In this document: piece by piece, positions 50,475 to 64,000 of the stretch
Layout of the letters: each line of letters starts with the position of its first letter
How positions within the stretch are numbered: the first letter of the stretch is position 1
Assembly: GCF_963921235.1 (NCBI RefSeq)
Contig: NC_086107.1
Span: 96,908,001 to 96,972,000, forward strand
Direction of reading: 5' to 3'
Length of the DNA stretch: 64,000 bases
From: Mobula hypostoma
Lineage: Eukaryota
Notes under the pieces: model-generated
The model's input: the letters and a program-made list of their open reading frames with translations, nothing else
What the model was told of the DNA's origin: nothing
Databases searched by the model: none
Position numbers and translations under genes: made by a program

Positions 50475-52159
50475 GTAGAGCAACCCACAAAAATTGCTGG
50501 AGGAACTCAGCAAGTCAGGCAGAATCTACAGAGAGGAACAAACAGTCAATGTTTCAGGCTTAGACCCTTCTCCAGTCTTGGTGTTCCCCCAGGGCTGTGT
50601 ATGGTTGAAGCCCCATACCCAGTCCCCTGGATATCAAGATCAGAATTCCTCTGGCCATTTTTATTTTTTATATTTTAATAATCGATGTACATGCACCTGC
50701 CTTTGATGCTAGATTTCTGCTGCTTTGACGTCTGTTTGCATTCTGTTGTTTCTAGCTCCAAAGTGGCTGTCCTTTCTATACCGATCTCAATCTGCCAAAC
50801 TTGTTTAATGCCTCTTCATGACTGTGCGCTTCTGTGGACAATAAAAGCAGAGGATGCTCTTAGCCTGAGTGGCCCCCGCAGACAGAGGAGCAGCGGAGGC
50901 TTTGGATTGGGGGGGTGCCCTTCCTCAAAATTAGGAGAGTGAGAAGACAGGAGGTGCGGAAGGGAGGACAGAGTTGTTGTGGTGCAGGCCAAAGATGTCA
51001 TGGTAAAAATTACCATCAAGACCCATTTAGAATGAAGTGATGAAAAAGCAAAGTGCAGGCACATCAGTGGAAAAAATAATGCTGTTTATCGGAGATCATA
51101 GAACATCACAGCACAGTACAGGGCCTTTGGCCCACTACGTGGTGCCAGTCTTTGAACCTACTTTAAGATCAATCTAACCCTTCCCTCTTACATAGTCCTC
51201 CATTTTTCTATCATCCGTGTGCATACCTAAGAGTTATTTAATTGCTCTTAATGGGCAATTAATGGTTTGCCTTGTGTTTCTGTAATATCATTCATGGAGG
51301 AACATTGTATCATTTCTTAATGCATGCATTTCTAAATGACAATAAAAGAGGACTGCGTGTCCTAAAAATCTAAAACCTAATCTAATGCCCTTCTACCCCA
51401 ATGCTCTTGTTGAAGAGTATTCCTCAAACCCACCGCTCTTTGTGTAAAATCTACCTCTGATATCCCTCTATATTTTTCCTCAATCACCTTAAAGTTATGT
51501 CTCCTTATAAAAATCTCTGACTAACCACTCAATCTTAGAATGCAGAAGCCGAGTGTAAGGAAGCTGGCTGTAGGACCATTATCTACCCTGTGGAGGTTGG
51601 ATGCTGGGGCTTCATCGACACATCGATGACTGAGTTACTCTGTGAAATGGCAGTGACTGGAGGGAGGCTCAAGATGGTCACCAGAGAAGAGGCAGAAAAG
51701 AGCAGCTTTTGGCTGTGGCTGAGGAGGAAGGACAGAAATTGGGGCGAGGGGGGAACCCAACTAACCCCGTTGGAAGCTGAAGGGGGGCCCCTACCACTGA
51801 TCCACCACCAGGAGATGTACCAAGGCTAAGGGAGCAAAACATCAATGGCTGATGACCTAAGGGCACTGTTAGAGGTGTGCGGGCAGCAGGACTTTATTAG
51901 TTTTTTTTTGTGTGCCATACTCTGCCAGAGCCTCGGCGACCACGTTTTCAAGTGGCTGTCTTGGAGGAAAGATCCTGTGAGTGGTCCCCCACATCCTTCT
52001 CACAGCGCAGTGTTTTATTTTTACAAGGCCGATTTGCGAGCTCGACACTCAACCTGGCACGGATGGAAAGCGTGCCCGGCGGTGGCCCAACTGGGTTTGA
52101 ACTCGGGCACCTTCGCTCCGGAGCCCGGCGCTGATGTCACTGCCCCACCAGCTGGCCTC

Positions 52160-52730
52160 TTTATTACTTACATCCTTCATATATACGAGGAGTAAGAATC
52201 TTTACATTACACCACCGTCTAAATGTGCAATGTGCAATTTATAGTAATTTATCGTAAATAGTATATACAACAGGACAGTAGAAAGATGGTTAAATATGAA
52301 CAGTCAGTATAACATAGAAATACAGTTGTGTTAGCATGAATTAATCAGTCTGAAGACCTGGTGGAAGAAGCTGTCCCGGAGTCTGTTGGTCCTGGCTTTT
52401 ATGCTGTGGTACCGTTTCCCAGATGGTAGCAGCTGGAGCGGTTTGTGGTTGGGGTGACTTGGATCCCCAATGACCCTTTGGACCCTTTTTACACACCTGT
52501 CTTTGTAACTGTCCTGAATAATGGGAGGTTCGCATCTACAGATGTGCTGGGCTGTCCGCACCACTCTCTGCAGAGTCCTGCGATTAAGGGAGGTACAGTT
52601 CCCATACCAGGCAGTGATGCAGCCAGTCAGGATGCTCTCAATTGTGCCCCTGTAGAAAGTTCTTAGGATTTAGGGGCCCATACCAAACTTCCTCAACCAT
52701 CAGAGGTGAAAGAGGTGCTGCTGTGCCTCA
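52160..52730 (-). mobile_element. Rex1-type LINE 3' fragment
   Basis: ORF 52331-52564 reads VRTAQHI..LLPSGKRY..RTNRLRDSFF. Confidence 0.8.
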
Positions 52731-53837
52731 TCGTCTTGTAAATCCCATTGAACATAGAAGTTAAGCACAGGATTTACCTAAAATTGTTTGAAAGGGGGAG
52801 AAGGGACGTAGAATTAGAGTGACAGGAAGCTGGGATTGCAGGGCCATTTCTGTGGACGGAGTAGCTGCTTTCTGCTCCAATCTGTCTTTGGTTTCTCTGA
52901 TACAGTGAGGTGAGGTCCACATCATGAGCACTCGATCGGAAGAGATTCACGTGAACTGCTGCTTCACCTTGAAAGGATGGCCCTTGATGATGGGAGAGGT
53001 GATAAATCAGCCGCTGTTGGATCTCCTGCAGATAGATAGGGAAGGGGTGTGAGAAGGAGAGTCGTTGGTGGAGCTGGATAAATGGACCAGACCACCGTAA
53101 AGGGAACTGTGCCTCAGAACGCTGGAAGGCAGAGGGGTGGAAGATATGTGTGGTGGTGAAAACCCAAAAGAGGTGCTAGAAATGATAAGGGTGATCTGTG
53201 GAATGTGGATGCAAATGTGGGGGAAGATGAATTCACAGGGGACCCATATTTGCTCTCAAAATCATATATACTGCCCATGAAAGTTCAAAGTTCAAAGTAA
53301 AATTTATTACCAGAGTACATACATGTTACCACATACAACCCCGAGATTTTTTTCTGCGGGCATACTTAGCAAATCTATAGAACGGTAACTGTAAACAGGA
53401 TCAATAGACAACAGACTCTGCAAATGCAAATATAAATAAATAGCAATAAATAACGAGCATGAAGTAACAAGATAAAAGAGTCCTTAAATGAGTGTAATTA
53501 TCCCCTGATGTTTGAGGGGTAGTAACTGTTCTTGAACCCGGCGGGTGTGAGTCCTGAGGCTCCTGTACTTTCTTCCTGACGGCAGCAGTGAGAAGGGAGC
53601 ATGGCCTGGGTGGTGAGTGCAGTAACTTCTACTTTGAAAAAGGCACACCCGACAACTTCATGCCAAAGAAACAACTTTATCTCGAACTTCAAAACCGTTA
53701 TGTATCTACAGAGGCTTTCACAACCTGTACGGCATGGCAGGCACACTATATACAAAGCCCACCAGAAGTAAACCCCCCCCCCCCCCCCATTATCCTAATT
53801 AGTATTAACTTACTTTTATTAATGCTCACATTACAAC

Positions 53838-54335
53838 AGTGAGGATCTTTGATGATGGATGCTGCTTTTGTACGGCAGCGTTTCATGTAGATGTGCTCAA
53901 TGGTTTGGAGGGTGTTATCTGTGATATGCTGGGACGAATCCACTGCGTTTTGTAGGATTTTTTGCTGAAAGGCATTGGTGTCCCCATACCAGGCCATAAT
54001 GCAGCCAGTTAGCACACTTTCCACCACACATCTATGGAAGTTTGCCAAGGTTTTTGATGACATGCTGAGCCTCTGCAGACTCCTGAGGAAATAGAGGCTC
54101 TGCCGTGCTTCCTCTGCAATTATATTTATGTAATGTGGCCAGGACAGGTCCTCTGAGATAGTGACACCCAGGAATTTAAAGTTACTGATCCTCCAATGAG
54201 TACTGGCTCATGGACCTCTGGGTTTCCCTCTCCTGAAGTCTACAATCAGTCCCATGATCTTATTGACATTGAGTGAGAGGTTGTTGTTATTACACCACTC
54301 AGCCAAATTTTCAGTCTGCTTCCTGTATGCTGATG
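53838..54335 (-). mobile_element. Rex1-type LINE fragment
   Basis: ORF 53746-54063 reads LANFHRCVVESVLTGCIMAWYG..KAASIIKDP. Confidence 0.8.
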
Positions 54336-55062
54336 AAGATGTTTTCAGTGATCCCTCTTCTCTCTGGCTACTGGATATTTGAATATTGAGTCATCAGTAA
54401 CGCAGTGAACAATTAGGGCCCCAAGACTGAAGCTTGCACAATACACCAGTCCTATTCTCCATTGAAAAATCTTGCTGATGGTCGCTGCTCTCTCCTGCTA
54501 ACCAGCCCAATAACCTCCATTGAGTTCTAGACACCCCATCATTGTCTACTGTCTCTTACAGTGGGCTTTACTGACTGTGCTCAGCTGTAACAAACATCTT
54601 GCTTCCACTTCAGGCAACACTCATCAGATTCTGTGATCCTTCCCTGTCAGATTGCAACCGTTCTTAAAATGTGCAGATCAGCATGTGATCCTACCCCTTA
54701 CTGTGTACGGTAATCATCCGCAGACTGCAGACAGCTGCCGAACTCAGCCAATACTTACTGGACTCACTATTAATATTGCTTGGATCAATGCAAAGAAGAA
54801 TTGATTGGGATATGCCCCAACGTTCATTACTTTCAAGGATCACACATTCCACTTCATTCTGCATTGTAATTGCGAAATATTTGCAATTTTTAATATTCTC
54901 GACAGGTGTCTTAAATGTAAGGATGCAAAATATTAAACTTTGATTTGAACATTTACATCAATAATAAGATTATACATTCAGGTTACTTTAGGTCAGAATT
55001 TTTCTACTCACTCATCAAAGGAATTGCAAAACACACATCACTGTATCAGCTTACAGTTACAT

Positions 55063-55465
55063 TCCTCATTGTAGCATCCTCACTATAATATCCTCACTGT
55101 GATACCCTCACTGTGACACCCTTACTATAATACCTTCACTGTGACACCCTTATAATATCCTCACTGTGATACCCTCACTGTGACACCCTCACTATAATAC
55201 CTTCACTGTGACACCCTCACTATAATATCCTCACTGAGACACCCTCACTGTGATACCCTCACTATAATACACTCACTATGACACCCTCAGTATAATATCC
55301 TCACTGAGACACCCTCACTGCGACACCCTCACTGTGATACCCACACTGTAACACCCTCACTGAAACACCCTACACTGTGACACCTTGACTGTAACACCCA
55401 CACTGTAACACCCCAGACCTTAACACCCCGCACTGTAAGACCCCCCACTGTAACACCCCACACTG
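55063..55465. repeat. Minisatellite, ~14-bp unit CCTCACTGTGACAC
   Basis: About 400 bp of tandem degenerate units with variants (cactataata, cactgtgata, cactgtaaca). Confidence 0.9.
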
Positions 55466-56070
55466 AGCCCTGACACTGACTCAACACTGCTGAACACTGC
55501 CTTCTCACCCGGGGTGCCCACTCACAGAATGTGTAATGCCATGATATGTGTATCTGCAGTTCTGGGGTGGAAAAACGGACCTGATCTGCTTGGTCCAGAT
55601 GTTTATAGGGGTCCCAGTTCTAATTTGAGATGCGTGGGAGTGTCCTGCCATGTCTCCTCCCAACTCTTTCCATGTCTGGACCCCTATAGAAATGTCAGGG
55701 CTTGTCTGTAAGCCTCAGGAATTGTTTGTAATGTTACACCTGATACACCCAGTCCAGTCCTTGGGGCAGTGGGGGGCAGCAGAGCATTGTTAAACCTCAA
55801 CCCCTGGAAAAATGCCAGATTTTGCATCACTGACTGATCTCAGCACAAAGTTGACAGATTATGAAAATGCTTTGTAACTTTACCAGGAAACAGATCCTAC
55901 TGTAACCTTTATTTTACCAAGTAAACAAGAACTCAGCGGTCAGAATATGCCAACAGCGGCTCAGTGACGCCCTTACTTCTTGAATCAGAAGTTGTGCCTT
56001 CAAGCCCTGGTCCTGGGAACATATGATCAAAGTCAGTCCCCTTGCTCTGACCCAGCAAGAGGGAAGAGTC

Positions 56071-57277
56071 CATAGAACGTAGAAATCTGCAGCACATTTC
56101 AGGCCCTTCGGCCCACAATGTTGTACCGACCATGTAATGTACTCTGGAAACTGCCTAGAATTTCCCTACTGCATAGCCCTCTATTTTTCTAAGCTCCATG
56201 TACCTATCCAAGAGTCTTTTAAAAGACCCTGTTGTATCCGCCTCTACCACCGTCACTGGCAGTGCATTCCACACACCCACCACTCTCTGTGTGAAAAACT
56301 TACCCCTGACATCCCCCCAGCACCCAGTTCCAAGCACCTTAAAACTATGCCCCTTGTGTTAGCCATTTCAGCCCTGGGAAAAAGCCTCTGGCTATCCACA
56401 CGATCAATGCCTGTCATCATCTTATACACCTCTATCAGGTCACCTCTCATCCTCTGTCGCGCTAAGGAGAAAAGGCCACGTTCACTCAACCTATTCTCAT
56501 AAGGCACGCCCTCCAATCCAGGCAACATTCTTGTAAATCGTCTCTGCTCTCTCTCTATGGTATCCACATCCTTCCTGTAGTGAGGTGACCAGAACTGAAC
56601 ACAGTACTCCAAGTGGAGTTTAACTAAGGTCTTATATAGCTTTAACATTACGTCATGGCTGTTGAACTCAATCCTACAGTTGATGAAGGCCATCACACCA
56701 TACACCTTCTTAACAACACTGTCAACCTACACAGCAGTTTTGAGTGTCCTATGGACATGGACCCCAAGATCTCACTGATCCTCCACACTGACAAGAGTCT
56801 TGCCACTAATGTTCTATTCTTTCTTCAAATTTGACCTACCAAAATGAACACTTCACACTTATCTGGGTTGAACTCCATCTGCCATTTCTCAGCCCAGTTC
56901 TGCATCCTATTGATGTCCCACAGTAACCTCTGACAACCCTCCAGACTATCCACAACACCCCCAACTTTTGTGTCATTAGTAAACTTACTAACCCACCATT
57001 CAACTTCCTCATGCAGGTCATTTATAAAAATCACAAAGAGGAGGTGTCCCAGACAGATCCCCGCGGAACACCACTGTTCACCGTCCTCCATGCAGTATAC
57101 GAACCATCCACAACCACCCTTTGCCTTCTGTGGGCAGGCCAGTTCTGGATCCACAAAGGAAGGTCTCCTTGGATCCCATGCCTCATTACTTTCTGAATGA
57201 CCCTTGCATGGGGAACCTTATCAAATGCCTTACTGAAATCCATATACAGTACATCCACCGCTCTACTTTCTTCAATG
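56071..57277 (-). mobile_element. CR1 LINE, 5'-truncated
   Basis: Reads DFSKAFDKVPH, FVIFINDL..KFTNDTKVGG and [10 protein letters not shown], with a CR1 tail catagaacgtagaa. Confidence 0.9.
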
Positions 57278-58869
57278 AAGGTGGGTTTATGGTCAGATTA
57301 AACTGAAGCCCTGTCTGCCTTCTCAGGCATTACATGAAAAACAGGAGCATCCTGCTCAATTTTTATCACTGTAATTAATTCCGCGTAATGTAGTCCGGCA
57401 GCCCATTCCTTGTACCCACCACCCTCCATGTGGGGAAACCTACCCCACTGTTCACCTTTTCACTCTAACCTTAAACTTATGCCCTCTAGGTTTAGATTTC
57501 CCTACCCTGGGGAAGAGACTGTGACCATCCCCTTTTATCTATGCCACCTCCTGATATACCCGTCTCTATAAAGTCACCCCTCAGCTCCTAACGTGTTGGA
57601 AACCACTGACCTTTTTTAAATAATACTTTTAATAAGATTTGTACTTTTATAACAAACTGGTGTATTTTTCACACTCACTGGCAGAAAGCGGTATAGCAGC
57701 TAAACTAACGGTTTATCACCCGCAGGGGAAAATCTGCAGGTGTTGGAAATCCAAAGCAACGCACGCAGGATCCTGAAGGAACTCAGCAAGGCAGGCAGCA
57801 TCTGTGGAAAAGGGTAAACAGTGGATGTCTTGGGCCGAGACCCTTCAGCAGAACTTGTGACCCCTTCATCTGGCCTGCTGAATTTATCATTTCTCATCTT
57901 TCATTGGCTGAGTATTAGCACATGACCAACATGATGTAACTGTTTTAATTATGTAGACTATTAATTAATTTATCTGTATCTAAAGAATATCTTATCTATA
58001 AAAGTGATAGATTTTTCAGAAGCACCATCTTTTATTCTTTTGTCTCAAAGCCTGTAACATTAATTCCACTCTTAGCATCGTTTTTCAGCTCTTTACTTGG
58101 TTTGATGAGTATTTGCCTTTTTGTTTGTACACTAAAATAAACTGAAATCTTGGAATTAAGACTACTCATCATTCCTGACTCCCGGAAGATCCCTAAGGAG
58201 CAGAAATTAAGCAGTGATTCAACACATACAAATCCAGAGCAGGAGCTGGCCATTTCGTCCCTTGAACCCTGCTCTGCCACTTAATATCATGGATGACAAT
58301 AACCTTTCACCCCCTCAATGACCCAGCCGGCTATGTTGACTGAAGTTGGGGCTTTGACTTCATCTATCCTTGTTTTAAGAAGTTCAACATCTTCACTCCC
58401 CAGAGAACGATTTGCTCATCTCTGAGTGAACTGGGCAATGCCAGATATTGAACATTTATGGTTTTACGTTCTCTCACTAGAGGAAACACACCCACCCTGT
58501 TGGGACCCCACAGGATCTTGTGTGTTTTAGTCCCATGCAGGCAATGGATGGGGTTGCTTGGACAGATCAGGGAGCCTGTTAGATAAGAGTGTTTCATCAG
58601 TCTGGGTGTAGGGTGAGCAGCAGTATCATTGATTCTCTTTCTGAAGACTGGGTCTGCTTTTATTTTTAAAATTCCAGATAAATTTTATTCATATTAGAAT
58701 TCAGCAGAACATAATATAGGGCATTCAGATGAATATTTTCATAAAAGGTCGATAGTATATCATCAGTTCTCATTCTTCGTTCTTTCTTAGAAGTTTAAAG
58801 AAATTCAGAATGTAAATGAAGACAGAGAAACCTGTACACATGTACACTGGAAATATCATATGGTATGGA

Positions 58870-59512
58870 ATCTCCAATGCAGAGGGATGCAAGATGCTAA
58901 CGAGAGTGGGGTTCCTAAGGTTGTCATAGCCGGGGGTGGTGCTGGGAACAAGCTCCCACTACCTATAAAGTGCTCCAACTGGCATGCATCTCTAACAGCC
59001 TCTGTCCAACTCTTGGCTTGCATGTGTGGCTTAGCTACTACGCCTGAAGAAACTGTTTCTACTGACAAGGGAAGGGTCAAAGGTGGACCAGTGGCGCCTC
59101 AAAACTAGTTGCTTCGGGCTGGTGGGGCTCGTCAGCCTTGGATGGAAGCCTGCCTGGGAGAAGAAAACTCTGATTTTAGACCTCCACTGGCTTGCAGCCA
59201 TACCCACCAATGGGGAAGGCTTCGGGACTAAACCCCAAGGAAAAACTCTGGAGCCAGCGTCCCTAAGGCAGTTTGATGCTGTTTAGAACTTCACTCTGGA
59301 AACCTCTGCAACGACACTGGTGCCAACCTGAATCGCGCTTGCCCTTCCCTTGGACTATGTCAGCGACATGGAGAGGGGGAACCTGCTTCATGGCAACAGC
59401 CGGTTCTTCAAGTCTTCCCACCCAGGCTTGTGCCCTGGAGAGGACACAATCCACCAGAGGCGCAAACCCATGATCCCCTGGGATTGACGGCTGCCTACTA
59501 CTACTACTACTA
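58870..59512 (+). mobile_element. RTE-related non-autonomous retroposon with (CTA)n tail
   Basis: 3' end aggcgcaaacccatgatccc..gacggctgcc(tac)n resembles the RTE/SINE tail found elsewhere in the window. Confidence 0.6.
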
Positions 59513-62500
59513 CAACAGAGAGTGGTGAGCTCTGCTAGTTCCATCATGGGTACTGCTCTCCCCGCCATCGAGGCCATCCACAGGGCATGATGTCTCAGAA
59601 GGCAACATCCATTGCCATTATGATTGAGGCTGTACCCTCTTCTCGATGCTGCCATCGGAAACCTGAAGACATACACTTCAGAGTTCTACACCAGCTTCTT
59701 CCTCACCCATGCCAAACAGGTCAAAGAGTAAGAGTGGTCCACCAGTCCTCCAGGTTCGGGGTGGGGGGTGGGAGGGGAGGGAGAGGGGAAACTGTGAGGA
59801 CTCTGTGCCCTCAGTCCCTGGCACAGACAGGGAGGCAATCCTTGGGCTGGAAAGCTCATTGGTGAAATTACTTTTGTGGGCGGAGTGGCAGCGTGGTACA
59901 GTGACACAGCTGGTAAAGCCGCTGCCTCACGGCTACAGAGACCCTGGTTTGATCCTGGCCACAAGGGCAGTCTGTGTGGAAATTGCCTGATCTTCCCATG
60001 AACATGTGGGTGTACCCCTGGGTTGTTCTCTCTTTCACCCACATCTCAAAGATGTGTCCGGGCTGGTGGGGTAATTGGCCGCTGTAAATTGTCCCCACTG
60101 TGTGTAGATGACATCCAAGAGGACCACAACCTTGTCATGGTTTGGAGACTTCCATGCCTCAATGACCCAGAGTGCTATGTTGGCTGGAGTCAAGGCTTTA
60201 TGCTTTGGCTCTTGGTAGGGCCATCCATGCCAAACAGGTCAAAGGGTAGAGGCCAGACTAAGAGTGGTCTACCGGTCCTCCAGGTTCGGGGGTTCAACGC
60301 AGGGCTAACAAACCTGACGCATAGAACAGAATTGTTACTGAAACAGCAATGAAAAGTCCTTCTGCATCTGATTGCGAGGGTATTCCTGAGTCTCCACCCA
60401 GGACTTGCATGGCTGACAGCAGTGAAAACCAAGAGGAAGCTACTGACATGATGAAGGAAGCCCTGAATACCACCAGAGATGGAGATCCTTCATTGCTGTC
60501 CTAAACGTCAGGGGTGGAACGGTCAGTAAGTCAGTTATCTTTATATCAATGTAAGTGTACGTAACTGATGTTTGTCAGGTCTGTAAGGCACTGTACTTCT
60601 ACAATAAGTGCTAGTTTTCACAGCATCTATGCCCTGGGTATGTATCCCTCTGACAATAAACCTGACTGACCTTGAATCAAAAGCCAATAGAAGATGGGTC
60701 TTTGACACAAATTTCGGTAACTTTGGGTGGAGTAGATGGGAGGCTCCAAACTGCGGCTCCTGCCCCATCTCCCTTGCTGCAGCTGGCCCCCCAACTTCAG
60801 TCTCTCCCTCAAAGCTTGTTCCGGACCCTCGAGCAGACAGTCTGCAGTGCCCGATCGTGGATGACACCTTGCTCTGGATTGGGGGTGGGAGGGGGGACCG
60901 CCTCGATTATACCAGGGGACATCCCTGACCCTGTGATTCTGTGTGTGTTTGTGTGTGTGTGTGTGTGTGTCTCAGTGGCAGCAGCCCACACATGTCAGGG
61001 TTCTGTAATATACAGAGCACAGACCAGTCTGTGTTTTGGTGTTCTGGGGTGAAGGGGGAAAGAGAGAGAGGGATTGTTGATGTCTTGTTTTGAGAGCCTG
61101 CATCAGGACAGATGTGTCTCCCGTATTATACAGCTGTTTGGAGTGAGCCCAGCCGACGACCTCTCCAGCTTTCCCAGTTCTTCCTCACAAAGCTGCTGTC
61201 TCGAAGTAGACTGTCATCAGGATCAGGAGGCAGAGCGTGCTTTGACTGTTTAGAGCTTGGCTGATATCAGTAAGATGTGTCCATCTCGGGATATTGTTTG
61301 GCCACATCACTGGGCTTCCCACCCTAACGGTGCAGTGCATAAAGGTGCAGTGGAGGGCTAATATGCCACGCAGCACAAAACTATATTGTGTGTCTTTGCT
61401 GGAAGTGAGAATGATGGCACCTTGTCACAATTACCACTGGTTCATCCATTAGTTATGGGGTATGTTTTCACCCACGCGATGCAGGCAGCTTTGAGCTGGC
61501 CAACATGTAAATTCTTGCACACTCACCCTCTGTGATAAACACGGCTCTGAATGTCATCTCTGTGGTTTCGGAGGTTTCTGGCTGACATTTCACTGCTGTG
61601 TACAGACTGCACAGGGGTGAAATGCATGACCTTTGGATTGGCCACTTCACTGTTGGTAGCCAGCTGCAACCTAGCCATGGTGATATACCACTGACAACTG
61701 ACAAGATGGGGTCACCACCCAGACCTTCCCTGCAGGAAGGGGCATGAGGGTCGTCTGTCAGGTGAAGTGGTGATGGTGGTGTAGGAGGGGATCAGAGCCT
61801 GGAGTCAAGCAACACTGGAAAGTGACATTCCAGCCAACGTGCTTAGCACATGAAAGTTGTACACTTGGAGGTGTCCACTGATTAGGGACTGGACATCAGG
61901 GTTCATTTTCTTTTTGTAGGGGAAACCGTAAACTGAATTTAAATATAAAGGTTTGAGAATCATCTGTACCACCCCTCATCATCATTCTGTGCCATGTAGT
62001 ATGACCTCATCATTCTGTGCCATGGGCGATCATGGTCAAAGACCATGACTGTTCTTGGAAAATTTTTCTACAGAAGTGGCTTGCCATTGCCTTCTTCTGG
62101 GCAGTGCCTTTACAAGATGGGTCTCCCCAGCCATTACCAATACTCTTCAGAGATTGCCTGCCTGTGTTTGCATAACCAGGACCTGTGATATGCACCGGCT
62201 GCTCATACGGCCTGCTCCCATGGTTTTGTGTGACTCTCATCAGGGGGCTAAGCAGGTGCTACACCTATCCCAAGGGCAACCTGCAGGCTAGTGGAAGGAA
62301 GGAGAGCCTTACACCTCCTTTGGTAGAGACGTATCTCCACCCTGCTACCCAATGTTGTTGTACCAGACCCTGTCCCACATGTGAGTGTTACTGTCGTCAG
62401 TAAAGGATGATTTGGTTGTATCTGGTTTTGCAAGCAGTAAGGAGATTACTGATGTGCCGTTCTGCTCTGACCAGTATCTGCCTGCAGACATAGTGCATTG

Positions 62501-62961
62501 GATCCCTCAGTCCAGGGGTGATTGCACCACCTGCAGGCGTTGCCTGTGATCGAATGAATCAAAGAGAAGCAGTTTGCTTCCAGTGTCCTGTTTCCCAGTT
62601 CCAGCTGGAAGCACAAACTCTGAGGGCAGATTGTGGGAAGTGCTGGGAGATTCTGAATCAAGATTTGAAGATTGTTTCACACACAAAATGCTGGAGGAAC
62701 TCAGCAGGACGGCTTAAGGGTCTTGGCCCAAAACATCAACTGTACTCTTTTCCATAGATGCTTCCTGGCCTGCTGAGTTCCTTCAGTATTGTGTGTGTCT
62801 TGCCTATATATTATGGTCTTATTTCTTGAGTTTCTTGACCTTCATCATCCCTCCCTTCTAATTTCACTTTCTAAGGCCGCAGTCCTTCTCTAAACCACTC
62901 ATTCGTCCTGTCTCACTCTCCACGTTTAAGATAAATAAAGGTTAGGTGAGCTTTATTTGTT

Positions 62962-63250
62962 GACGTATGGCCAAGTGGTTAAGGCGTTCGTCTAGTGATC
63001 TGAAGGTCGCTAGTTTGAGCCTTGGCTGAGGCAGCGTGTTGTGTTCTTGAGCAAGGCACTTAACTACACATTGCTCTGCGACGGCACCGGTGCCAAGCTG
63101 TATGGGTCCTAATGCCCTTCCCTTGGACAACATCGGTGGTGTGGAGAGGGGAGACTTGCAGCATGGGAAACTGCTGCAACCTTGCCCAGACCTGCACCCT
63201 GGAAACCTTCCAAGGCGCAAATCCATGGTCCCATCAGACTAACGGATACC
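62962..63250 (+). mobile_element. tRNA-derived SINE with RTE-type tail
   Basis: Same family as 49156-49462. Confidence 0.8.
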
Positions 63251-64000
63251 TATATTGTCACAGGTACATCGGAACTCCCAGTGAAATGTGTTGCTAGCGT
63301 CAAATCAAATCAGCGAGGATTGTGCTGGGGGGTGGGGGCTATCACTTCCAGTGCCAACATAGCATGCCCCCAACTCACCAACCCTAACCCTAACTGTACA
63401 CCTTTGGAATGTGGGCAGAAACGGGAGCAACCGGAGGAAACAAGCATAGTCACAGGGAGGGGGGCGGGGAGAGACGTATAACCTTCATATACTATAGACA
63501 GTAGCAGGATTGAACCCCAGCCTGTGATCGCTGACAGAGATTGTGCTTACAGTTGGGCTACTGTAACCACACGTTGTCAGCCATCTGAGTATTATCTAGT
63601 ACAGTGTCCCACTTAGTATGTTAATGACCCCATTATAGTGATTATCACACTTAACCACATAAAATAAACTTTTTCATAACCACCCACACATCTCTGACAC
63701 CAGGGATCCCGATCACAATCCGAACTGCCCAGCCTCTGTACCCACAACAGAGCAATGACAGTTGTGGGCAACCTTCCTCTTGCCCATAGTTACTCACTGG
63801 TGGCCTGCTGACAGATGCCCTAGTCTGTGAGAGGTGAACAGAGTATGCCCACAACTCACCAACCCTAACCCACTCCGTGAGGCGGCAGCCAGCTGTCTGG
63901 AGTCCACCGACATGGTCAGACCAGAATCATGGGCTGGAAATCCATAAAAACTGCAGATGCTGGAAGTCTGGAATAAAATCCGTGAAAAACTCAGCAGGTC

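Noticed and set aside
50816..51064. 82-aa - strand ORF in apparently unique sequence
   Set aside because: It has a non-ATG start, no recognisable homology and no clear splice signals.
10120..64000. TNFRSF13C or SHISA8 exons expected downstream of CENPM from human synteny
   Set aside because: By eye I found no cysteine-rich CxxxxFDxL..C exon, PVPATE-like tail or Shisa motif. A divergent exon could have been missed, and tBLASTn is needed.

Overview
This is eukaryotic (vertebrate) genomic DNA, not prokaryotic. The repeat content (CR1/HER1-type and Rex1/L2 LINEs, Deu-domain SINE, Penelope termini) suggests a cartilaginous fish, probably a ray; that assignment is inference. The only host gene I can identify confidently is the 3' half of CENPM (centromere protein M). 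It has three + strand coding exons at 5648-5727, 8424-8515 and 9979-10119, none of which appear in the ORF track. Almost everything else is transposable-element debris. This includes two decayed Gypsy LTR retrotransposons carrying nested solo LTRs with readable target-site duplications (TSDs), many CR1, Rex1/L2 and RTE LINE pieces, tRNA- and RTE-related SINEs, and Chapaev3, hAT, Tc1 and Harbinger-like DNA transposon derivatives. Penelope-like fragments carry minimal hammerhead-ribozyme motifs. The most notable observations are a dispersed hammerhead ribozyme family, an in-frame Rex/CR1 chimeric RT ORF, a Chapaev3 element, multi-level nesting, and a few weak candidate exons of unknown - strand genes. 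I found no convincing wholly new biological system. Most short ORFs in the track are spurious or TE-derived. Boundaries without a stated TSD or splice site are approximate.
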